This document shows positions 39,201-47,900 of a DNA stretch of 64,000 bases, piece after piece. The first letter of the stretch is position 1. The number at the start of each line of letters is the position of its first letter. The translations under genes were made by a program, and so were the position numbers. The notes beneath the pieces were generated by a model. That model was given only the letters and a program-made list of their open reading frames with translations. It searched no databases and was not told the DNA's origin. The stretch is from the IMG/VR virus record IMGVR_UViG_3300032093_000026; one strand, 5' to 3'. Source of the DNA: an uncultured virus (IMG/VR IMGVR_UViG_3300032093_000026) (lineage: Duplodnaviria > Heunggongvirae > Uroviricota > Caudoviricetes).

Positions 39201-41948
39201 AATCGATCCATGATTTTGCTTTAATTGTTCAATTGTATAATTACCAGAATATAAATCTTTTCTAAAGTTTTCTAAAAATGGGCTACTATTTAATATAGGT
39301 AGAATATAAAATAACTTCGAAGATGTATCAAAATTCTCAAGATTTACTTTGTCAGCATACTTTTGTGCAGCAAGTATTCTACTGATTTCAGGTTCAACAA
39401 AATTGTTATATATCTTATCTTTTAAGAAATCTGTATATACGATTTCATTGTTTTGAATTTTAAAATCAGTCCCTTTACCAACTGCAACCATTTCATTATC
39501 TACAAAAAACTCTTTTGTCATTTTTACTTCCATAGAAGTTGTCTTATCAGACAAAGTAAACAAGACATATGTACCAGTTCTCATGTTTTCTTGATGTTTC
39601 ATGAACATAGCACGTGTCTGTTCGTTATTTGTAAGATTCTTTCGTGTCTTACCATCTTTGCCAGCTTCTTGTTCTCTCACTCCATTAAAATAATCAAGAG
39701 AAAAAGTAATAGCTTCATTTTTAACCTTAGTCCAAAATTCTTTATTTGGTTGAGCAAAAGGACTATTTAATAAATAACTTGTTTCACCTAGAGCCCATTG
39801 ACGTTTTTTAATTTCAACAAAGTTTGTATTTATATTAGAGTACTTTGACTTACCTGCAGCATCTTTACCAGATGGTACATTAATCATACCAGGGTTTGCT
39901 TCGTAATAAAGTCTAGCTAACTTATTTAAATTTTTTCTTTCATTTTGAATACCGTAGTTACTTAAAAAAGGAGTTTTTAAGTTTTTTGAATAACCTTGAT
40001 ATATATTATCTAACATACCATTAGGTGTAAAAACTATACTAAGTGATTTTCCTTTTTTAATTTTATCACCAAGTCTTTCACCAAAATAATTAATTTGTTT
40101 ATCTGTAAACTTTATACCCAATACATCAAAGAACTCTTTAAGTTTAGTTTTTTGTACTTCAGGTGTTCCAGCTCTACCCTCTTCAATTATTTTATTAAGT
40201 CTTTCAACTTTAGCTTTGTTTGGAAATAAATCTCCATTAGCGGTCCTGTCAAAAAAATCTGAGTTTAATTGTTGTGCAAACCAACCTTTAGCGACTTGCT
40301 CTTCAACACTTTCTCTATTAATAGCTACAACTTTTACTTCTTTTACACCTTTAACCTCTTTACCAACCTTATTAAGTTTGTATAATACAAGAGTTTCATT
40401 TGCAAAGGCTTTACTAGCAAATGTTAAAACCTGATTAATTGTAGACCATTGATTGTTTTTTCTAAAGTTTTCAAGTTTGTTTATAAACTCAGCTAAATAA
40501 GGTCTGGCTTCTACTAGTGATTGTAAACTAGTTACAAATGCTTTATACTTATCAAAGTCTTCTGTGTAACCACTAAGTTTCATATCAACGCCTGCACTTA
40601 GTATATCTTGAAATACATCAGCAGGGTTAGCATATAGAGGAATGCCCAGTTCATATTTACCAGGTATTTGGATATTATTAACTAAAGATTTTACAGTGGC
40701 ACTGGCTGTATGTAATGGGTTAACTTCATTAATACCTTTATCAAATCTTTCACCAATTTCATTTTGTGCTAAAAGATATTCTTCAGTTTTATCTTCTTCT
40801 TCATTTGTTACATCTTCAGAATTTACTTCCTGAATTTTCCCATTCACTTCACGAATACCCATCTTTAATAACTCTGCTTTCACAAAGTCTTTATACTTAT
40901 CAAACTCATTGACTATTGATGAATACTGGTCTTGAGCTTTGATAACATCACTATAGTTTTTAACTCCCTGTAAATTAAAATTTTCTAATAAAGCATTAAG
41001 TTTAGCCTCATCTTTTTCTTTTAACAAATCATATACTTGTTCTGATTTAACAGTGTTAAGAAAATCATTAACATTTCTTAAAGATGCAACAAACTTATAT
41101 TTTGCTTTATTAAAAGCTGATTCAAAACTTGTATTTAAAATTTTACCTGGACTAATTTCACCAACAGCATCTAAAAATAATGATTGAATATAGCTTGTAT
41201 ATTTAATTTCTTTTTGACTAATCATCAATCTTCTATCAATATCTTCAGCTATTTCTTCTGTAGTTTTAGCACGTATTGATCTAAAAACACCAGCTGATTC
41301 TACAAACTTTTTAAATCCTTCTATATCTTGTTTAGAACCTAATATGAGAGCTTGACTTGGTTCAAATATTACAATTTGTTTTTCTAACCAAACTGTTTCA
41401 GCAGATTTAGTAGCATTATATTCTTCAACTTTTTCTGCAATTATAGCATCATAATTTGTTCCAAATACAGTATCACCTTTATATATTTTTACTTGTGTAT
41501 CTAAATCCTCATAATCAATTGGTTTAGTAATTGTTTTAGGATTTTTTATATTTAATAATATAGAATATAATACAGCATTATCTTTATTTTGAAGTTGTCT
41601 TTGAGCATGTTGTAATGCTTCATTTGGATTAACTGCAAAATAATTTCCAGATACTCTAGTAGATTTTTCAAATTTCTGTTTATTATCATAAATACTTCCA
41701 TGATAAACAATATCCTTCACTTTACTATCAGGAAATATAGTATCAAGATATTGAGAGTATTGTTCTGCTGTTCCTATAGAAGCTAATTCAGGATTCAAAT
41801 TAAATACTTCTTGCACTCCTGGTTTTAAAGTTACTTCAGTAACAGGTACCACCTCACCATACTTAAAAAAAGTACGCCAAGCTTCTACTTCACCAACTTC
41901 TTTAACTAAACTATTCCATTCAGGGCTGTTAATATTAGGACAATGCAT
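30279..41948 (-). CDS. Virion RNA polymerase, polyvalent (3889 aa)
   Basis: RIPNQ...GSDFDIDK (DFDID at 37362-37376) matches the crAss-like vRNAP catalytic motif. ART-like, SLOG, macro-like, RecD-like and HExxH domains are fused. Confidence 0.9.
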   Translation of the reverse strand: MHCPNINSPEWNSLVKEVGEVEAWRTFFKYGEVVPVTEVTLKPGVQEVFNLNPELASIGTAEQYSQYLDTIFPDSKVKDIVYHGSIYDNKQKFEKSTRVSGNYFAVNPNEALQHAQRQLQNKDNAVLYSILLNIKNPKTITKPIDYEDLDTQVKIYKGDTVFGTNYDAIIAEKVEEYNATKSAETVWLEKQIVIFEPSQALILGSKQDIEGFKKFVESAGVFRSIRAKTTEEIAEDIDRRLMISQKEIKYTSYIQSLFLDAVGEISPGKILNTSFESAFNKAKYKFVASLRNVNDFLNTVKSEQVYDLLKEKDEAKLNALLENFNLQGVKNYSDVIKAQDQYSSIVNEFDKYKDFVKAELLKMGIREVNGKIQEVNSEDVTNEEEDKTEEYLLAQNEIGERFDKGINEVNPLHTASATVKSLVNNIQIPGKYELGIPLYANPADVFQDILSAGVDMKLSGYTEDFDKYKAFVTSLQSLVEARPYLAEFINKLENFRKNNQWSTINQVLTFASKAFANETLVLYKLNKVGKEVKGVKEVKVVAINRESVEEQVAKGWFAQQLNSDFFDRTANGDLFPNKAKVERLNKIIEEGRAGTPEVQKTKLKEFFDVLGIKFTDKQINYFGERLGDKIKKGKSLSIVFTPNGMLDNIYQGYSKNLKTPFLSNYGIQNERKNLNKLARLYYEANPGMINVPSGKDAAGKSKYSNINTNFVEIKKRQWALGETSYLLNSPFAQPNKEFWTKVKNEAITFSLDYFNGVREQEAGKDGKTRKNLTNNEQTRAMFMKHQENMRTGTYVLFTLSDKTTSMEVKMTKEFFVDNEMVAVGKGTDFKIQNNEIVYTDFLKDKIYNNFVEPEISRILAAQKYADKVNLENFDTSSKLFYILPILNSSPFLENFRKDLYSGNYTIEQLKQNHGSIISNVVLNEFKQSVEDDINNYVADGIFKVDKGVFSFPSFKSGKANDYLFRFKSTDLKGRDLARAMVMDMKLNYMNAQVKTLQFLRFDPMVAFKMPKGLTKKAFNEYTGGEKVKIALTTWDEFSKRAAALIAPGSQGNWSWVTSKGERYFSKDYKAVTADDLTIVVNKVKNDTTDAQEFTTVQEHIDFLASEGKIDLDVWESITNKIRKAGKGGYYTLSDLEVKVIFTPLKPVQVSDQNEGDTGLNRIDYVKSSRYPLLPQHEAGSERDKLRIWMEQNDINSVNFASGKKLGRPTVSVVLFDKNGNFVEPSKEDTEKATQILSRDGLRTQQEIPHQKDEIPFITQMNRTLFDGLLDSVFKMEGLGDVTGLELKNLKERVRTRLFKLKSEELDQELGNLKANHIGLYKLLRKTILEDTSGSYGENDLRAIQLDSLTKKIAFPIELNPKAKKLQGLINSMINKNVMLKMNGSSFIQVSGVGSKFTFGTLSESIKSDIIWTDTYASTFKDGKASLAYISKKDGEVKPAQIIVSQYIKDENGKLIDLKQFIKEENKVKILDTSKLDPKLLRLVASRIPNQSLPSTLPVEVVGFLPEYMEDTIIVPDGITGQMGSDFDIDKLYAYKSKSIAQKDSKGNIIGYKSIPYKLTKVEDIDSLDEDQLKELYKDIHWTVLTNPDAFEKITKSIDSPEVKVKIDKRSKLLEKYNISTDPSVVLPLDFNTSIKRHEDNRSGKDGVSVFANYISAQADFQDKPLTLGYMTEKEDGKGFEAVKLPIYIKVNGKVEEFVFIGQNGKSKSQAGNTYTVGENINIPFGESVDNAKNLNLREFNWDKKAMSSVGILNMLTTEDKVALPIEFSMDLTSQEVIYDLFRRINKKQDSFEGFESNAFVNSVQEIASEITGKIGGLDKFKDEESLVAYLSDSKRKKQDPLSVEKLENMWIVGKLLSSNNQAVFGALIQEDALAKGENIRDVQEEKLLTLSKDLGYKSVKDLLLDYYVTQYDSLELFSRLDEIGKEFMTILGSVYTYTKGIGADVFTTLQKINQLNKLSKSSVFIDITNVAGAVNKDSDSGLISIVPKGEIGHSILYSLIKAQSIYQELFPVSTGRTLENIVVSLLNDMGLDKEDLGRERYIRAYETAFNAIKAYMYTMPNLELFGDLKTDRSRLLNGDTSLGKSILELQQNPEFITNGFLKYIEVEPQYKGDAYLISFKAPFGTDMNEKEILSGFYELATSENEIVREIARELALYPYATGDAGNIQRFIPVDYYMRDIDFQTSIADFDNEFNFTLGNQFGVNILKDQIVQNNPEEYSVKFNYSTNNDKDNAFKQSLKPLINNAATLKDVKNFKIKVGDFQVNEKTQSIVKSLKIEKLNDKERKIAAERNVDFKYPAYILINDSYTSDFFPQNDWSVNYLYKRVSEAIPENGIAEYERINILGYKSVKEYDFNNLRLESSIKNNQVDVSAADFAKEESDLRELVQGLEVEAFDLSNPAVYVNHSGGAYGADTFWDVIGREFGVQNHKHYREESNKGLSKKLRDSNVQATVLSKQEMDKARAEVKRLLGEDYPDTTEGNLKVRNYYQVANADAVYAIAELDSSIDKSKPDNLTDPTKSIKSYKFDKVKGGTNVAVQLGIKLNKPVYVWDLNNRAWFKYDGKQFVQTETPKLTRNFAGVGSRDIEAYNVKNKETGQWEQRQQYKGPEIEEAAKQAIRDVYNNTLGKTKEVVKEELKRETTLDKITKENLPENGYFVFGSNDKGVHGLGAAKAAVDDFGAITGQASGLQGRSFAIRTKMYQDDKLTVYPKLTEENKKAMDKMTIEDLNALRIEALNNPDNKYYVTEIGTKLAGRSVEQMKDLFRRMNDKFGIPDNIILPKAFEVRTNEPYKSRESIVTSEEEIDEQPSTLIGYKNSNFIVEGSIEEGFKVFYTDKDGVKTKEVEDMSLYNKVTLAYQVETYPENVVTLTDMPTKPKYYVDIAGEIYSLQESTYGTQITSDDIHNRVNKALAGRLENDTEIVESSKEIIKKSLDPETGKRINVPEGSNPNNMVIFEDENTKYLMNDGQQEAYNFIKANVEKILKDSKRVRVEELENTVSFLDPLSIKFSGVIPKVMWDNMIGLAGRGGVGKTTVIRAIMDSLDSGNKYRGVSIMYLTPSHTAATVLQESLGLDSEKANDGTVNTIPSAVRRNKIDQNGNLVMASTEDYALGLKYKPAFSSPDVIIVDESSMVTTQDIKDMLERTAYDLKNGHSFKMPIFIFMGDYRQLGPIGEQQNAFVNKGIISSTLLLNKEKTKELTQVMRSGDKLLHQIYDSVGNEIIDNINRTKEGKQPRQLSFDKYDALTNKSTENMLVVDNEVGVIDDYTDFLSQNNNPYGMFWVHYNRVENPNTINLADKIRKLYFLKIGKQIEQVDHRNFSNGDYVEFTDALEMRGSEFQYKTSDEKLEALLKERKVPFNRDREVFNVSGGIIKPRSRYKIIDIVSNVESIKDVVSSDLRRHLPDFDVTTENILLYNRQNKIRGYRKPLGLSVEMGKYNSKTSRQEDIKIKDAKTGNVLATFSMHYREFKNISAELRGLTSKKMPFTPSYVGSSHTAQGNSIKNVIVGDYNVKQARQNAQINQDDIFSSMYVSLTRTSGTLIVIKPRGSRIIHNQEVFQGAIRDDNKSKTKLDNAVKPASTSVAPVVGETTSVRDIVDPTELNLNSLMNDAMDNAITALFQGKDTETNSKDFLNRLYKQTNSFNKSLLMMIGKTGIVTPFKIVINRSLKNPGEYNSFTKTISINPELILQENNSFDLDGAVKSLHDVIVHELMHHLTADLLMARPETLSSEQRKWVEDLNDLFKAVQQKLLSDPVHGPALQRAMDQVNREDGMLSAKDKSLYYGLTNIHDFVSMLMTDSGFQEFMNNITYDGKKSVLDRIMDMLADLLKLLNINIKEDSVLKEGVTKIVGLIQSRNKTDQNSIQKSIVTKEIREKNISDNLSDIVKALSIKIKC

Positions 41949-41954
41949 TCTTAT

Positions 41955-44900
41955 TTATTTTTTAGATTTTGGCTTTGTATTACATTTATCTTTTTCTTTC
42001 TCTACTTGTTCATCAGTCATTTGATTTGCAATTGCTATACGATCTAGTTGTGCAAAAATATCATCTGGATTTACAGCTGCTTGTTCACTAGAAACTTCTG
42101 GTTTTTCATAATAAAGATCTTCCATTGCAAATGGGTTATCATATGGACCCACTGTTTTTGGATTAATTACTCCTTGTTCTACATCATTTTTTTTATATTC
42201 TAAACTTCTTCCGTATTTATCTTTTTTAGAAATAACTTCATATTTATTTCCTTTTTCATCATACAATACATCTCCCACCTTTGCAAATCTTAATTGTGTT
42301 TTTGCAGATTTCTTTGTTTGTTTAACGGTAGGTTTTACTTCTGCAGCTGCTAATTCTGCATCAACACTAGCTTTAATTTCACTAGTAAGTATTGTAGAAT
42401 CATTAAGTATTTCTTGTTCTTCTTTAGAAAAGCTAGTGATTATTTTACCAGCTTTTAGTTCTTTGTAAAGTTCTCTAGCTAGTTCTGCATCATATTGAGC
42501 ATTAATTCTTCTTTTTTGCTTTCCATAATCATCATCATACATACCTCCTTCATCGTCATATTTTTTAAGTGCTGCTTTTCTTCTTTCTTCTATATTAGCT
42601 TTTACATTAGAAACCGAAGCTGTAGCAGGTTTAGCTCCTTCTAAAGCAGCTAGTTCTTTTTCTAGTTTTGCTTCAATAGCTCTATGACGTTTACCATCTT
42701 CTGTTTCTGGTGCAGCCCAACTTCCTGTAAAAGAATTTTGCCATTCTGTTATAAGATTTCTTACTGACTCAGGTACATATTTATTGTATAATTTAACTTT
42801 TTGCTCCTGTGATGCTTGTTCACTTTCACCAGGTCTATAAGTAAATGTACCATCTCCCCAATCTTTCTTTTCAGAAAAAAGCTCAACTCTACCTTTACTA
42901 TTTCTATCAATAACTAGTAAAAACTCTTTACCACTGTCACCAATTACCTCTACGCTTACTTGTGTACCCTGTTCTCTAATCCCTGCAGCTACAATAGCTT
43001 TCTTATCAGAAACTACAGGAGCTATTGGTTGTGTTAAAGCAGCTAGTTCAGCATCGTATATTTTATCAATTTCTTTTTCTAAAAGTTCTTTAGTTTCAAA
43101 ATCAGTTAACTTGTATTGTTTAAAAGTATTAGTATTTTCTTTTTTATGAACTCTTATCACAGTTCCCCATCGCTGACCTTTAGTTCCTAATACAGAAACA
43201 ACAATATCTTCTTTTGCATCAGTTCTAAAATCTTCAATTTCTTTTCTTCTTTTTTCTATATCAGAAACAGGAGCTGTAGGAGCTGGTGTTACAACAGGTG
43301 GTTTTTCAAATGTATCACCTACAACAACTTCTTCTTCTTTTGGTTTTACAACAATAGCGTCTGTATTGGATGACATTTTAATCACAGGGTTAGCAAAATA
43401 CACCCAATCACCATCTTTGTTTTTAGAAGGAATACCTTCTTCTACATATGTCATTGCATTCTGCATGATGTATTCATTATACGTCATGGGTGTAATTTTC
43501 ACTTCATTGTTTTGTATTGTAACAAAAGGTACTTTTTTAGTGTTATTGATACCAACAAGATTAGGATTTCTTGGATCAGTAAATTTAACTGTTGTTAAAA
43601 GATTTTGCATCAAAGAAATAACATTACCAGGAAGTTCACTAGATAAAACAATTGGTTTACCATCGTTATTGAACCATTCACCATCTGCAGTTTTTACTTG
43701 CAAATATAAATGTCCTTGTGCTGTAATATTAAGTCTTGCTAATCCATTAGCTACATCACTACCGTTACCAATTTCAGAAAGCTGTTCCTTTTTAAGACGT
43801 GTAATAAATTGATCAACATATCTTTGTAACACTCCAATATCAGGTTTACCTTCTGACATTTCCATACCTAAAGCTTTGTAAATTCCTTCAACAAGCTTAG
43901 GATTCATTGTTTCACCTACAAATGCTTTCCAAGCTTCAATTATAAGCTTAGCTTTATTCTCACTCACCTTTGGAAGTTTAACATATGTAGGAAAAAATGT
44001 ACCACGAGGTGTTGGTAATAACAAAACAGATACACCACTTTGGTTATCTATTTCTTCTGTAAATGATTTTGTATTTTCAACTTTATCAATAACTACACCT
44101 GCATCTACTTGTAGCTCACCATTTTTTACAATAGCAAACATTCCATGGCGATTGTCAGTTCCACCATCTGCTATTTTTGGATTAACTCTATCTTTAATTA
44201 CACCAGGATCTGTTGTATTTCTTAAGATACCTATTGACTTTCCTTCAACTATTCCATTCATTTCAAAACTTGGATCATTGTTAAAATTATCCAGTATAAA
44301 TTTACGAAATTTTTGATTCTTTGCAACTTCTTCTTTTACCACGGTCGGCAAGTCCATATCTAACTGATCTTCAGGAACAACAATATTTACATACTTGTTA
44401 AATATTTTATGGTTAATCCACTGTGGTTCATGGAATGTTCCAATAAGTTTTTCTTTACCTTCTATTGTAGCATATACACCAATTGGAGCATAGTCATACA
44501 TTTCAGGATTAACTTTTCCATCTGGACCAAAAATGTTTCCAGCATCATAAACATCCCCAGTTATTCTATTTGTTACAGTTGGGAAATCTTTTGTCATCAC
44601 TCTATAAGTCAGTGACGAACCTTCAGGAAAGTTTCCTGTCGCAATATCAAAAACATAGTTTGTATTTACACCAGTTCTAACTTGCGTAACTACATCACCA
44701 GTAACTCTAAATTCAGCTATATCAGTTGTATTAGCTAATGAGTTACTTGGAGCAGTTTGTCTTCTTCCTTCTTGATAAGTTACATTAGCTGTATTATTAT
44801 CAGACCTTGATGATTGTAATCCTGTTGTATCAAAACGATTATTCTGAACAAAGTCTCTAACCGCAGATGGATCATCTTCAATAAACTCAGAATATCTAAT

Positions 44901-47900
44901 TTTATATGTACCGTTTTCAAGTTTTCCTAAAAAGTCATCAATCAAAGCTTTATCAAAACTAGTTTCACCTGCATTATTAGTAACAATGTAGTTTACTGCT
45001 TTACCAGGAATAACAGATGCTATTTTGTATATATTACCTTGATCATCTGTAAACTCATTATTTACTTGTATTTGATCAAAATAATTAATTTCAACATCAG
45101 GTTTTGGTTCTGCTTTCTTTAAACTACTTGCTTCTACAAATCTTTTAACACCATCAGATGCAACTAGTGGATTACCTTCTAAATCTTTTAAATGATAAAC
45201 CACTCTACCATCTTGTGTTTTAGTTATTTCAGCTACGGTATATTCTTTATCTTCAAAAACAACATTGTCATCTATTTTATATTCTTCTGTTTTTGGTTTT
45301 GGACCACCTTTTAATCTTTCATATCGCTGTCTTTCAAATTTACCGCTTGTTTTTTCCCATATTTCATAAGGCGGTGTTTCTCTATCTGCAGCATCATTTG
45401 ACGCTTTAACCTTATTATATTGTTGTTGTAAATATTCTTCAACAGTATTAGGTATTTCTTGTCCTTCAACGTCTTTTGCACGTTTAAGTTTACCTGTTTT
45501 TAAATTATCTAAAAATTCTTCTTCAGTAAATCCAATATTATCATCAGTTCCATCTAACGCATTTAATAAAATTAAATCACCTAATGGAGCTATATCATAT
45601 TTTTTACCATTAAAAATATAATTTTCTGTAAAATCAATTCCTGAAGTTTCTGTTTGTTGCTGCTGTTGACCTTGTTGACCTTGCTGTTGTTGACTTTCTA
45701 ACTCTTTTCTTCTTTTTTCTTCTTCTTCTTTTTTCTTTTCTTGTTCAATTTCTTCTAAAAACTTTGCTCTCATTACAACAAGATCATCAGTTATTAATTT
45801 TTCATTAATAGCCATATCAATAATCTCGCGCTTAGAGTAATTTTCAATTTCTTCTTCTGTTAATCCATTTTCTTTTAAAAGTCTAGCAGCAGATGTATAA
45901 ATGTTATCACTTAGATATTCATCCACTTTATAAAATATATCATCTAAAACAGATGGTTTAAGCTCAAGATTAAATACTCTTTTAAAGAAATCACTAAGTG
46001 CATCTACAAATTCAACCCAAAGTGATTTTTTTCCTGTTAATCCAGGTACTGATGTTAGCTCTTTCTGAAACTCTGGATTAGAATAAGCCTCAGCTAAAAA
46101 TTCTTGAATGTTTGTAAAACCATAATAACTAGTATCAATACCTCTATCTTCTAAGGTTTTCTTAGCGTAGTTGTAAAGTTTTTCTATATCTCTTGTAAAC
46201 TTGCTGTTATAAGCAAGCTCATCACTAGTTAAAAGGTGAATAATCTCATGAAGCATAACGCCCTCAAATGACATTTTACCTTCATGTAAATCAGGATCAA
46301 TCGTTATTGTATTACTACCTAATGTGTAAAAAGCTGGAGCTATAGTTTGATTTCTATCAAATTTTACTTTTGCGTCATCTTTTATACTATCATACAAGCG
46401 AGCTAAAGCCATTCTTAGATAAGGATCTATATATGGATTTGCTGCCATTTTTTGTATCATCGGTTTAAGAGCAACAGTCTCGCCATCTTGTACATCATAG
46501 TATTCCATTATATCTTCTGCAATCCTATCATCATCTTTCATTCTATACAAGAAAGTGGCGTTTGTTCCTTTTTTTACCCAAGATGTACCTTCTTCATATT
46601 TTTTACCTTTTCTTTCTTCTCTTCTTTTTTTTCTTTCTTCATCTGTAAACCTTTGACTCTTACCTCTTTCTGCACGATCAGCTATTTCATTAAAAGGTTT
46701 TACAATTACATTATCAATATATTCTTTAAAGTTAGCAGCACCGTTTTTAGTATCAGCATACTTTGCCCATTCTAATCCAAGTTGTCTAATTTGATTTTGT
46801 AACTGACTTGATCTTTGTTGTCTACTATATAATTTGTTCCTTAAAATAACATTTTGTACTTGATTTCTATTTGCTTTTTCATACTGATACAAACCATCTG
46901 GACCTTTTTTAATTGTCTTTAATGCTTCTGGATTATCTTTCTTTAAGGTGTCTAATTCTTTTTGAAGTTCGTTTAATACTGTTTTAGCTAAAGCTTTTTC
47001 AATAGGTTTTTTATCACTAATCTCCATTCCTTCAATATAATCCTTTTGAGAATCAATTCTTAATTGTAAATCATTTAATTGATCTGCAAGATCATCTGAT
47101 AAACCTATATCTTCTTTAGCTATTTGATTAAGCATTTCATTTTTAAACTCATTATTATCAGCTGTTGTTTCATTTACAAGATTTCTATATATTGCAAGTC
47201 TAGTTGCAAGCTCAGTCATTTTGTTTTTTCTAGCCTCTTCTTCAGGAAGCATTCTTCCACGCCAGTCTTTTTTAAATATAATATCATCGTTCAAAATTTT
47301 ATTTTGAGCGATCATTTGTTTAGTTAAATTTTTATATTTTTCAATTTGTTGTGGTGTAGTTTCATCAGGAGTAAAACCTAATTTAGCAAGCTCACCTGCA
47401 TCAGTTCTTCCAACAGCATCAAGTTTACCAAGTAGTGTATTTTCTAAACCTAATTGAATATGTGCATTTACAAATTGAGCAAAGGCACTATCTCTTAATA
47501 AATCTCTATGAAATTTATTTTCTACAGTGTTTGCAGCTTCAATAGCGCTATTTACATTATTAAAATTGTTAGCAACATTAAAAAGCTTACTTTGATTAAT
47601 TGTTGGTTTACCTTTTTCGTCCAAAATAATTTGCTCTTCTGATACCTCATTACCATCTTTGTCTTTAGTTGTTACCATTTTTGTTTCAAAAATGTTACCA
47701 AACTTTAACCAGTTTTGTTGGGCTTCATTATAAAACTTTACAGCTGCTTTAGTAAACTCATCATTTCTTTTTGCTTGTTTAAGTTCACTATAAACACTCA
47801 TCCCTCCACCTAAAATACCACCTAAACCAATACTTATAGATGCTTCAGGATCTTTACCTGTAACAGCATTTAATGTTTGATTCCAGTATTGATTAGCTAA

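Noticed and set aside
21476..41948. Inteins in PolB or the vRNAP
   Set aside because: No C/S-start ... HN-C/S/T splice junctions or LAGLIDADG motifs were seen, and the vRNAP lacks internal Cys.
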